This document shows, one piece after another, positions 1 to 8,660 of a stretch of DNA of 64,000 nucleotides (position 1 is its first letter; each line of letters opens with the position of its first letter). The notes below the pieces were generated by a model that was given only the letters and a program-made list of their open reading frames with translations, did not search any database and was not told the DNA's origin. The position numbers and the translations under genes are program-made. Origin of the DNA: an uncultured Gammaproteobacteria bacterium (GTDB lineage: Bacteria > Patescibacteriota > Microgenomatia > UBA1406 > GWC2-37-13); the NCBI GenBank assembly GCA_964521305.1, contig CAZFQZ010000001.1, positions 22 through 64,021 on the forward strand. The letters are read 5' to 3'.

Positions 1-485
1 AGATCGGCGTTTGGGGTCATTCCATGGGAGGCAATATTACGCTGCGCGATCTGGTCGTGGACCCGAAAGACATAAAAGTAGCGGTAATCTGGGGTGGAGT
101 AGTGGGATCATACAACGACCTGATAAATAATTGGCATCGTGCAGTTCCGTATCAGCCGTCGGTTCGTGAACTTGCTTTGCGCAACCGGTATCGTTCAAAC
201 TTGGTTCAACAGTACGGAACACCTCAAACTGATCCGGCGTTTTGGAATTCGGTCGATCCGACCTATTTTATTTCTTCCATTACCGCACCTATTCAATTGG
301 ATCACGGATTGGCAGACGAGGAAGTGCCTGTTGCCTTTTCGCAGTCATTATACGAGAAGCTGAAGGCAGCGGGAAAAACGGTTGAGTTTTATACCTACCC
401 GGGTGCAGATCATAATATCAGCGAACCTTCATTCAGTCTGGCCATGCAGCGGACAATCGTATTCTTCGACAAATATCTGAAATAG
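1..485 (+). CDS. alpha/beta-hydrolase fold serine hydrolase (dienelactone hydrolase / S9 peptidase-like), 5' end outside window
   Basis: Frame is open from base 3 (IGVWGHSMGGNI), giving a GxSxG nucleophile elbow upstream of the listed ATG at 24. C-terminal YPGADHNI fits the catalytic His region. Confidence 0.7.
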   Translation, partial: IGVWGHSMGGNITLRDLVVDPKDIKVAVIWGGVVGSYNDLINNWHRAVPYQPSVRELALRNRYRSNLVQQYGTPQTDPAFWNSVDPTYFISSITAPIQLDHGLADEEVPVAFSQSLYEKLKAAGKTVEFYTYPGADHNISEPSFSLAMQRTIVFFDKYLK

Positions 486-520
486 TAAAAATACCCCGCC
501 TTTGGCGGAGTACTTTTACT
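486..520. terminator. imperfect hairpin after the hydrolase stop (possible terminator)
   Basis: GTAAAAATAC CCCGCC TTT GGCGG AG TACTTTTAC inverted repeat. There is no clean U-tract. Confidence 0.3.
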
Positions 521-576
521 ACTCGTCGTCCCATTCGTAAACAATACTCTTCATTTCTGATTTTTTTCTGAAAAGA

Positions 577-1062
577 TCACCGGGCTGGTGCCGGCGGCGT
601 TCCATTCATCATTCTGTTAGTTTGTCCAAATCCTGGATTGATTTGAACTGAATTTGCGGTGATGCTGCCGTCGGAATTCGTTGTTCCGATAACTGCTACC
701 GTATCACCGTTTTTCAAATCGCTTTGGCTTGCCTTGCTTGTGGTTTCGTACGTCGTGTTATTTGAAAGCACCGCGATTTTTGAACTTCCGTCGCGCAACT
801 GTACCGTGATGGAATTATTGTCGGAATTTATTATTTTTCCGATAATCGCGCCTCTGTTAGCTGCATTTCCGTTCGTTTTGCTGCCGCGCCTTCCTTGAAA
901 TCGTCCTCCGCGACCTTGTATGGACGTATCCCTGCCACCTGCCGCTGCGCTAAAACTTGGAGATTGGGATTTTTGATACTGAACGCCAGCAAAAAAACCC
1001 ACTGCACCGATTATTACCGCAACCATAATCGTAACCAAAAGACTATTGTTTTTCATATACAT
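577..1062 (-). CDS. membrane-anchored hypothetical protein (N-terminal TM, Gly/Arg-rich linker, small beta-rich C-terminal domain)
   Basis: 161-aa ORF with an N-terminal hydrophobic helix (LLVTIMVAVIIGAVGFFAG). A G-rich SD-like tract lies upstream. No recognised catalytic motif. Confidence 0.6.
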   Translation of the reverse strand: MYMKNNSLLVTIMVAVIIGAVGFFAGVQYQKSQSPSFSAAAGGRDTSIQGRGGRFQGRRGSKTNGNAANRGAIIGKIINSDNNSITVQLRDGSSKIAVLSNNTTYETTSKASQSDLKNGDTVAVIGTTNSDGSITANSVQINPGFGQTNRMMNGTPPAPAR

Positions 1063-1154
1063 TCACCCCCCCTCATATAAAAAGTTCAAATATCCAAATT
1101 CAAAACATTTCGAATTTTGATATTGTTTGGAATTTGGTGCTTGGATTTTAAAAT

Positions 1155-2378
1155 TTATTCATATCTCAATGCTTCAATTGGTTGCAGACTCGAGGCTTTT
1201 TGCGCCGGATACCACCCGAACAGGATACCTATCAGCCCTGAAACACCTATTGCCACCGCAATAGACGTTGGTTCAATAGTGAACGGCAATCTTACTGCTT
1301 TAGTTATGAAGTACGAAGCGGAAATACCAAGGATCATGCCGATAACACCTCCGGTAAATGTCAGAATGATTGCTTCGATCAGGAACTGTTGGACGATGAT
1401 TTTTTTGGTTGCTCCCAACGCTTTTCTTAAGCCGATTTCTCGCGTTCTTTCGGTAACAGTTACCAGCATGATATTCATGATGCCGATACCGCCGACCAGC
1501 AATGAAATGGCGGCGATTCCTCCCAGCAGGGCGGTAAAGGTTCCGGTAACCTGGGATGCGGTATTTAATATGTCGTTCTGTGAAAATATGGAAAAATCAG
1601 CCTGTGAAGGATCGCGGAGCTTGTGGCGCTGAAGCAACAGATACCCGATCTGATTTTCCGCCTCGGTCATGACACTCTGTGATTTTGCCTCTACCGCAAT
1701 ACTGCTTATGTATGTAGTACCGAATAAAACCGACTGTGCGGTTGTTAAAGGTATATAAATAATATCATCCTGGTTTCCGAATCCGCTTCCCCCTTTTGAG
1801 ACGGTTATGCCAATGATATGCAATGATTGACCATTGATGCGGATCATCTGGCCGATCGGATTCACATTATCGCCGAACAAATCGCTGACGACTTGCGGAC
1901 CTAATACGGCGACGCGACCCAATGATGTAAGATCTCGCTGGCTGATAAATACGCCTGTTGCCACATCGACCTTATGGATTGATGCATATGCAGGGTATAC
2001 GCCGACAATTTGCGTATTCGTGTTATTTCTTCCGGCAGTGACCTGGGCCCGTCTTGAGATTTCGGGCGATACCGCAGTGACGGTTGTCACTTGCGGGGAA
2101 GAAAGAATAGCAAACGCGTCATCTACGGTGAGCGTTGTCCCACCGCCCGCAGCGCCCCGAACGACTCCCTCTGTTTGCCCGCCCGGAATGACGGTCAAGA
2201 GATTTGCTCCCAGAGATTCAATCCGGCTCGATATGGAAGCCTGGCTTGCCTGACCCAATGACACCAGGGCGATCACGCTGCCGATGCCGATGATGATGCC
2301 GAGAATCGCCAGACCGGTGCGCATTTTATTGATAGTCAACGTACCGATTGCTTCCTTGATAAGCTCAATGAATTCCAT
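1155..2378 (-). CDS. ABC transporter permease, MacB/FtsX family
   Basis: MacB-type architecture: N-terminal TM (MRTGLAILGIIIGIGSVIALVSLG), large periplasmic domain and a C-terminal FtsX-like 3-TM bundle (TREIGLRKALGATKK). Start taken at MEFIELIKEA (2378). The ORF track extends to 2417. Confidence 0.85.
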   Translation of the reverse strand: MEFIELIKEAIGTLTINKMRTGLAILGIIIGIGSVIALVSLGQASQASISSRIESLGANLLTVIPGGQTEGVVRGAAGGGTTLTVDDAFAILSSPQVTTVTAVSPEISRRAQVTAGRNNTNTQIVGVYPAYASIHKVDVATGVFISQRDLTSLGRVAVLGPQVVSDLFGDNVNPIGQMIRINGQSLHIIGITVSKGGSGFGNQDDIIYIPLTTAQSVLFGTTYISSIAVEAKSQSVMTEAENQIGYLLLQRHKLRDPSQADFSIFSQNDILNTASQVTGTFTALLGGIAAISLLVGGIGIMNIMLVTVTERTREIGLRKALGATKKIIVQQFLIEAIILTFTGGVIGMILGISASYFITKAVRLPFTIEPTSIAVAIGVSGLIGILFGWYPAQKASSLQPIEALRYE

Positions 2379-2450
2379 AATAGCAATAAATCCTAAATGC
2401 CAACTTCCAAACGTCAAATAAATTTAAATGAGCAAAAATAAAATGACAGA

Positions 2451-3200
2451 TTATTTAGTATTTTGAGTTTGGGATTTGGAATTTGAGTGTTTAATCCTGT
2501 GTTGCTTTCCGTTTTTTTCATCCTTGATGATGTTTCCGTCCCTTACGTGAATGATGCGTCTGGCATATTCGGCGATATCTGGCTCGTGTGTGATCATGAC
2601 AATGGTATGGCCGTCTTCATGTAACTGCTGGAAAATAGCCATGACTTCTTCTGCTTGCGCAGATGCAATATTGCCAGTCGGCTCATCTGCAAGGAGAATC
2701 GCGGGATTCATCACGAGCCCGCGCGCGATAGCAACACGCTGTTGTTGGCCTCCGGATAATTGGTTTGACGTATGTTCCAATCTATCAGCAAGGCCGACTT
2801 CTTCAAGAAGTTTTTTTGCCCGTTTTTCCCGTTCTTCCTGGGGAACCCCGGCGTACTGCATAGGAAGCATGACGTTTTTCATCGCCGAAATTCTTGGTAA
2901 CAAATTATACGCCTGGAAGATAAATCCGATTTTTCTGTTCCGTATTGATGCTAATTGATCATCACTCAGTTTTGATATCTCTTCATTATCGAGGATATAG
3001 GTGCCGTCGCTTGGTAGGTCTAATGCGCCGAGGATATGCATCAGAGTTGATTTGCCTGATCCAGATGGCCCCATAATTGCGACAAATTCGCCTTTTTTTA
3101 TCTCAAACGATACATCAGCCAAAGCAACGGTTTCAACTCCGTCCATTTGGTAGACTTTGCGAATGTGTTGCGCAGAAATGATTGCCATAGGATTTGACAT
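2451..3200 (-). CDS. ABC transporter ATP-binding protein (MacB/LolD-like)
   Basis: Walker A GPSGSGKST, signature LSGGQQQRVAIARGL, Walker B LLADEPTGN and H-loop ITHE. It has an unusual K/S/Q/N-rich C-terminal tail encoded by a repeat element. Confidence 0.95.
   Translation of the reverse strand: MSNPMAIISAQHIRKVYQMDGVETVALADVSFEIKKGEFVAIMGPSGSGKSTLMHILGALDLPSDGTYILDNEEISKLSDDQLASIRNRKIGFIFQAYNLLPRISAMKNVMLPMQYAGVPQEEREKRAKKLLEEVGLADRLEHTSNQLSGGQQQRVAIARGLVMNPAILLADEPTGNIASAQAEEVMAIFQQLHEDGHTIVMITHEPDIAEYARRIIHVRDGNIIKDEKNGKQHRIKHSNSKSQTQNTK
2467..2484. repeat. 18-nt element GTTTGGGATTTGGAATTT, exact reverse complement of 38619-38636
   Basis: Direct comparison of the two stretches. Related copies lie at 2388-2412, 1094-1107 and 1125-1148. 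Confidence 0.9.
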
Positions 3201-3205
3201 CGAAC

Positions 3206-4519
3206 TTAATGCGCCATTCTGAATACGGCGCCTCCAGCTCCGCCTTTTCCACCGCCAAACGTACTGAAGGGTGACGATGTATTATTTTGAGCAGCGCCAT
3301 TGACTGCTGATGTTACGATAGTGTCGCCTTCGGATAGTCCGGATGTAATCTCAGTCTGCGTATCGGATGAAGACCCTGTTTGTACTTCGACTTGTTGCGG
3401 TTGTCCGTTTTTCATGACCGAAACGATCGATGCGCCATTTTGGGTCTGAATTGCAGATGAAGGAACAAGCAGTACATTATTTTTTACTATGGTAATAATA
3501 TTGATATTCGCGGACATGTTGGGAAGAATGTTTGGGTTGTTGGTGTCGAGTTTAATAATGGTTGGATAAGTAGTCACTCCCGAACTGACTACGCCTGCGG
3601 TATCGATGCTGAATACTTTGCCGGTAAAGGTTTTATCTGGGAATGCGCTCAATGTTATTGTCGCATTGTTACCGATTTTAATAGTCGGAATATCAATTTC
3701 GGTAAGGTTGACCGTAACTGTCGGTGTTGCGTCGGTTACAATGCTTGCTATTTTTGTGGTGAGCGGTACGCTGTTTGAGGTACCGGATGTCGATTGGGGA
3801 GAAGCAATAACCGCTCCAAGTTGGAAAGCCAAACCATCAACCTTTCCCGTGATAGGAGCATAAATAGTTGGAGCTGCTTGTTGATAACTCAACCAGGCGG
3901 AATTCAATGCAGTTTGGGCTTGATTGACGACATTCTGCTGGTTTTTATAATTTGCTTCCGCGGCCAACCAATCGTCCTGCGCCTCATGGAATGCGGGTAA
4001 TGCACGGTTGTCGTTATTCGGTGTTCCGTCGCCATTTTGATAGGTATTATTGGTTGCCAGGTCATAGAATGTTTTCCATTTGGTAAACATGGTTGATTGG
4101 AGTGAGTACATGTTGGACTGTGCCGTAGCCAGCGTATTATTGGCACTTTGATAACTCGCATATGCTGCCGCTGCTTTTTGCTGTCCGATTAAATCCAGTG
4201 TCAGATCGGCGATTTTGTCACCTGTTTTCACCATATCGCCGTCTTTAACGTAAAGCTTCGAGATGACTCCGCTTGCTTGGGTATCAATCGGCGTGCTGTT
4301 TGCAGTTGAAATCTGGCCAGACCCGCTCACGGATACAACAAGCGTACCTCGTTGAACTTTTTCGGTTTGATACCTGACGATTTCTTTTTTCGACCCGAAA
4401 AAGTGTTTATAGCCGAAGTATACGATTACGACAACAATAACGACGGCGATTATTTTTTTTACACGCGAGAGCTGCATAAAACGATTTTTAAGATGAACGG
4501 GAAGTTGTTTAATGTTCAT
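3206..4519 (-). CDS. efflux transporter periplasmic adaptor subunit (HlyD/MacA family)
   Basis: N-terminal TM, then lipoyl/beta-barrel-like segments flanking a long coiled-coil (AAYASYQSANNTLATAQ...). Sits directly upstream of the ABC ATPase and permease. Confidence 0.8.
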   Translation of the reverse strand: MNIKQLPVHLKNRFMQLSRVKKIIAVVIVVVIVYFGYKHFFGSKKEIVRYQTEKVQRGTLVVSVSGSGQISTANSTPIDTQASGVISKLYVKDGDMVKTGDKIADLTLDLIGQQKAAAAYASYQSANNTLATAQSNMYSLQSTMFTKWKTFYDLATNNTYQNGDGTPNNDNRALPAFHEAQDDWLAAEANYKNQQNVVNQAQTALNSAWLSYQQAAPTIYAPITGKVDGLAFQLGAVIASPQSTSGTSNSVPLTTKIASIVTDATPTVTVNLTEIDIPTIKIGNNATITLSAFPDKTFTGKVFSIDTAGVVSSGVTTYPTIIKLDTNNPNILPNMSANINIITIVKNNVLLVPSSAIQTQNGASIVSVMKNGQPQQVEVQTGSSSDTQTEITSGLSEGDTIVTSAVNGAAQNNTSSPFSTFGGGKGGAGGAVFRMAH

Positions 4520-4572
4520 TTTTGTTATTCTAGAATACGTAACTGAAAATTAGCTGAACTTGACAGGATTTT

Positions 4573-5691
4573 TCACTGATTCCCGTTCGCGAACCCCGTT
4601 CCAAATTCAGATGGGCTCTTGTCATGTTTCGCTACGGGATGAACGGGTAATGTAACAATACATGTTACTCCTTTTTTTCCGTTATTCTCAATGCGTATTG
4701 ATCCCTTATGTATTTTGACGATCTGTTTGGCAATGGAAAGACCGAGCCCGTATCCGCCGCTTTCGGTCTTTGAGCGCGCGGAGTTTGCCCGATAGAACCG
4801 GTCGAAAATATGGGGAAGATCTTTTTTGGGGATACCGATCCCTTCGTCTTTTACAGAAATAATAACAGTGCCGTCGGTCTTTTTTGCGGCAATGATAATA
4901 GCGGTGTTTTTAGGACTATATTTAATTGCATTGTCCAGCAGGATGACAAACAAGTCAACTAAACTATACGGATTGCCGTAAACGGTTTGTTTTATGGACG
5001 GAGAGGAAATAGTAATATTTTTTAACTTCGTCATGGGTTCCACTTTTTTTAGAGCTTTATCTATGACCGGTGAAAGCGAGAGGTTTTGAAACATAATAGC
5101 GCCATGAGGTTTTTCATACTGCGTGAGTTGTAACAGTTTGTCTGATAGCGACTGCAGTTTATTAACTTCTTCGATACTTTCGGATATCAGAGTTTTCGAA
5201 TCCATAACCGTAAGGTTTTTGTCCCTGAGAGATACTTCCATTGCTGTTTTCAAAGAAGTAAGCGGCGTTCTGAACTCATGGGATGCATCGCTTATGAATC
5301 GGTTTTGCTCATCAACCATTTCCTGTATCGGTCTAAGTGTTTTACCCGCAAGGAAATATCCAAGTAATGCGGAAACAAGGAATATACTGCCGTTAATGAC
5401 CGCAAGAATAAGGAGAATACGTTGCTGTGCTTCGGTATATAAATCGGCGTCGAGGTTTATGATCCGGATGTTCGAATTATCAGGGATCGGTAATGGAGCA
5501 TTGTTGGGACTTAAATCCTGCGGGTAATCCAAAATGTGGAGTCTGTGTTCTATGCGTGCCGTCTGTAAGCGCCGTATACGTTCTACTTCATTGATGAGTC
5601 CTTTATAGATGACTGTGCTGAATGCGATGCTGATCGTCATAATAATGAGGAGATACCATGCAGTGAGTTTGATGCGCGCGCTTCTGAACAT
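4573..5691 (-). CDS. two-component sensor histidine kinase
   Basis: Two TM helices, H-box SHEFRTPLTSL, N-box LLDNAIKYSP and G-boxes DEGIGIP / GGYGLGLSI. Confidence 0.93.
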   Translation of the reverse strand: MFRSARIKLTAWYLLIIMTISIAFSTVIYKGLINEVERIRRLQTARIEHRLHILDYPQDLSPNNAPLPIPDNSNIRIINLDADLYTEAQQRILLILAVINGSIFLVSALLGYFLAGKTLRPIQEMVDEQNRFISDASHEFRTPLTSLKTAMEVSLRDKNLTVMDSKTLISESIEEVNKLQSLSDKLLQLTQYEKPHGAIMFQNLSLSPVIDKALKKVEPMTKLKNITISSPSIKQTVYGNPYSLVDLFVILLDNAIKYSPKNTAIIIAAKKTDGTVIISVKDEGIGIPKKDLPHIFDRFYRANSARSKTESGGYGLGLSIAKQIVKIHKGSIRIENNGKKGVTCIVTLPVHPVAKHDKSPSEFGTGFANGNQ

Positions 5692-5693
5692 AT

Positions 5694-6368
5694 TTAGTCT
5701 CCTATTTTATATCCAAATCCCCGTATGGTTTGGATCAATGATTTTTTGTTTTTGAACGGCGCATCGATCTTATTCCTTAAATTCCGGATATATACTTCGA
5801 CGGTGTTAGGGAGGATGTCCGCGTCGTAATCCCAGACGTGGCCGATGATCTGGTCTTTCGAGACGATCGTGTGAGCGTTCCGCATGAGGTATTCGAGCAA
5901 AGAAAATTCCTTGCTTGAAAGTATGATTGGTTTTTTATCGCGTATCGCGGTGAACTGTGTGGTATCGAGCTCCAAGTCGTCGACGCAAAGTTTGGTGGAA
6001 AGTATTGCTTTCGGTCTCCTGACCAACGCGCGAATGCGGGCAAGCAACTCTTCGAATGCGAAGGGTTTGGTGATATAGTCGTCCGCGCCGGCATTGAGTC
6101 CAGTCACCTTATCCAATATTTGTCCTTTTGCGGTCAAAACGAGGATCGGCGTATGAATCTTGTTTTTTCTTAATTCCTTGAGAATAGAAATGCCGTCCAT
6201 GCCGGGAAGTAATAAATCAAGAATGATGCAGTCGTATTCTTCGGTTGAACCAAGATCAAATCCGTCGTCGCCGGTATAGGCAACATCAACGCTGTACCGT
6301 TCCTGCTCGAGCCCTTTTTTTATGGATTGCGCGATACGGTGTTCATCCTCAACCACGAGTATTCTCAT
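5694..6368 (-). CDS. OmpR-family response regulator
   Basis: Receiver domain (MRILVVEDE...DLLLPGMDG...LTAK) plus a winged-helix output domain (LSSKEFSLLEYLMRN...TIRGFGYKI). Confidence 0.95.
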   Translation of the reverse strand: MRILVVEDEHRIAQSIKKGLEQERYSVDVAYTGDDGFDLGSTEEYDCIILDLLLPGMDGISILKELRKNKIHTPILVLTAKGQILDKVTGLNAGADDYITKPFAFEELLARIRALVRRPKAILSTKLCVDDLELDTTQFTAIRDKKPIILSSKEFSLLEYLMRNAHTIVSKDQIIGHVWDYDADILPNTVEVYIRNLRNKIDAPFKNKKSLIQTIRGFGYKIGD

Positions 6369-6423
6369 ATATATGTACAGTATAGTATGTAAGCTGAAAT
6401 CCGGCTGAATATTAGACAGATGG

Positions 6424-7032
6424 TTAGAATCCCAAGGATTCCCTTACGAGAATAATGATGATGCGATGTGGGACGGTTTCACGTTCGATGATCGCCCATT
6501 TGTTGAGCGCGCTGCCCGGATACCCTGCCTTTTTCATACGCGCGTCCTCTAAAGGAAACACTACTTCCCGTACGCGTCGCATGGCAGCCTCTACACTTTT
6601 GGTGATTTTTTGCTGGCCGATAACCAGAACGAGGTGTTTTGCGAAATAGGGGAATTCGCCGATCCGCGTACCCGTAGCGTCTGCCGATACGATAATCCCG
6701 TCTTCGGTAACCGCGTTTGAACTGGCGAGAAAATAATCAGCGTCAAAAGCAACTTTTCTCCTGACTTCACCCCGCTTTATCTGGTCGTTTTCTTTCATGA
6801 TGAGCTCGTGCAAATTGTTGAATTTGTTTTCTTTTGATTCCATATAGTCTATGAATCCGATCTGAATCAATGTGGTCGACGATCCGTTCATGATTGACGA
6901 ACCTTCTGGTATTAACTCGATGAGTGTAGAAAGAGCTTGTTCTTTATTGCCCACAACGGTAACATCGAATCCGCGCCGTTTCATTGAATCGGCGACTACG
7001 GTCAGTTTGTTGTTTATTGTTGAATTATCCAT
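6424..7032 (-). CDS. LUD (lactate utilisation C/YkgG-like, DUF162) domain protein
   Basis: 202-aa protein whose overall pattern matches LUD-domain proteins (..NGSSTTL...ASSNAVTEDG...). Recognised by eye only. Confidence 0.55.
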   Translation of the reverse strand: MDNSTINNKLTVVADSMKRRGFDVTVVGNKEQALSTLIELIPEGSSIMNGSSTTLIQIGFIDYMESKENKFNNLHELIMKENDQIKRGEVRRKVAFDADYFLASSNAVTEDGIIVSADATGTRIGEFPYFAKHLVLVIGQQKITKSVEAAMRRVREVVFPLEDARMKKAGYPGSALNKWAIIERETVPHRIIIILVRESLGF

Positions 7033-7042
7033 ATGTTATGAA

Positions 7043-7318
7043 TTAATTTTTAAAAATCATATTGGTGTTGATTCCCAATTGTTTGAAAAGCGGGATATTG
7101 AGTTTATAAAAGTTGGAAGCTCCTTTCTTGCGGCTGACAATAATTTCTGCTTTGATCAATTTGCTGAAATGGTGCGATAGTGCCGGTTGCGACAAATCAA
7201 AGGTTCTCGACAAATCCCGGCAGGAAATTTCTCTTTTGCGATGAATAATCTTCAGAACGTTGACTCTGGTCGTATCCGACAACGCCTTGAATACCGCCGA
7301 AAGTTTTACACTATTCAT
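7043..7318 (-). CDS. ArsR/SmtB-family metalloregulatory transcription factor
   Basis: Typical wHTH sequence ALSDTTRVNVLKII....CRDLSRTFDLSQPALSHHFSKLIKAEII. Divergent from a VIT1-family transporter gene. Confidence 0.85.
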   Translation of the reverse strand: MNSVKLSAVFKALSDTTRVNVLKIIHRKREISCRDLSRTFDLSQPALSHHFSKLIKAEIIVSRKKGASNFYKLNIPLFKQLGINTNMIFKN

Positions 7319-7421
7319 TTATTTAATTATTCAAATATTTAAATACATTTATATATTAGGTCGATTTTAACGGTTTGTCAAGATGTATTAGTCGGCAGAT
7401 CCGGGTAGTATAATAACAGGT

Positions 7422-8513
7422 ATGACGATCAACGAACTGAAAATCCATTATATCGATGAAGGCGATTCCGCCTATATTTATAATATTTTGGCCGGACTCG
7501 CCAAGACTGAACAATTGCGCGCAATTTTCGTCAAATTGAGGAACACTGAACTGGAGCATCAGATTGTATACGGGAAAATGCTGGAGAAGAAACACGCAAA
7601 GATTTCCGTTTACCGTCCGTCGCTGAAGATTCGGATCATGGAATTTTTTGCCCGTCGCGGCGCAACATCGCTCGTGTTAAAATTGAGAATTGCAGACGAA
7701 TCCCGGGAAGTGTCGCAATATATTCTTTCTGCGTCGAAAACAAAGACGACCGAGGTAATCGCCAGAGACGAAATCACACATTCAAAAGTATTGAAGGAAT
7801 TGCAAAACAGCTCCGGCCAGGAAATCTGGCATCATCATGAGACCGGCAGTATCATACGCAATGCGATCTACGGATTCAATGACGGTTTGACCGCGAACTT
7901 CGGTTTGATCATGGGTGTTATCGGATCTGCAGTCGACCATCGCGCCATCCTGTTTGCAGGTATTGCAGGGTTGATTGCCGATACTTTGTCTATGGGTGCG
8001 TCGTCGTATCTTGCGGCGGTTTCGGAAAAAGAGGTATATGATCACGAAATTCGGTTGGAAAAGCAGGAAATAGAGTTGATGCCACAGGAAGAAGAAAAAG
8101 AACTGGCTTTGATGTATCAGGCAAAAGGATTTGCCAAACCGGTTGCAAAAACACTTGCGCATGAAATCATGAAAGGTGATAAAAAATCCGCTCTTCACGA
8201 ACAAGTAATTCAGGAACTTGGCATAATGGAATCAAATCAAAATCCTTATCAGGAAGGCCTGATAACGGGAACCGCTACATTGATAGGAGCTCTCATTCCG
8301 TTGTTGTCGTTATTTTTCGGTTCATCGACGCCGTATATCGTTGCCGCGTTTATAATCAGTATGGTCTTCCATTTTTTTGTTGGCGCGATACGCAGTCTAT
8401 TTACCGGAAGAAACGCGATTCGATCAGGCGTCGATATGTTTGGCGTAGGCTTGGGTGTTGCGGTCGCTGGATATATGATCGGCAACTTTCTTATGCACGC
8501 ATTTCACCCTTGA
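7422..8513 (+). CDS. VIT1/CCC1-family Fe/Mn transporter with N-terminal ferritin/rubrerythrin-like domain
   Basis: N-terminal helical domain with ExxH-type motifs (TELEHQ, DEITHSK). VIT core: NDGLTANFGLIMGV, five TM helices and a cytoplasmic EKQEIELMPQEEE metal-binding helix. Confidence 0.85.
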   Translation: MTINELKIHYIDEGDSAYIYNILAGLAKTEQLRAIFVKLRNTELEHQIVYGKMLEKKHAKISVYRPSLKIRIMEFFARRGATSLVLKLRIADESREVSQYILSASKTKTTEVIARDEITHSKVLKELQNSSGQEIWHHHETGSIIRNAIYGFNDGLTANFGLIMGVIGSAVDHRAILFAGIAGLIADTLSMGASSYLAAVSEKEVYDHEIRLEKQEIELMPQEEEKELALMYQAKGFAKPVAKTLAHEIMKGDKKSALHEQVIQELGIMESNQNPYQEGLITGTATLIGALIPLLSLFFGSSTPYIVAAFIISMVFHFFVGAIRSLFTGRNAIRSGVDMFGVGLGVAVAGYMIGNFLMHAFHP

Positions 8514-8660
8514 TGCACATTCGTGGGCGAATGGTATATAATAAACATTGTGAGTCTCAGTCATCCCGCCAACGGCGGGAAGGATGTTTTCAAAGACAGA
8601 TGCTCAAAGAGACTAATTTATATGATAGAACGTATAAATTGGTTTCTTTTTTAGTAGCAC

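Noticed and set aside
8514-8660. Possible metal riboswitch (yybP-ykoY-like) in the leader of the P-type ATPase
   Set aside because: A TGgTATATAAT extended -10 and some pairing exist (AGTCTC/GAGACT, CCCGCC/GGCGGG). The element is too short, however, and lacks the conserved GGGGAGUAG and other core blocks I would expect. It cannot be supported without a covariance-model search.
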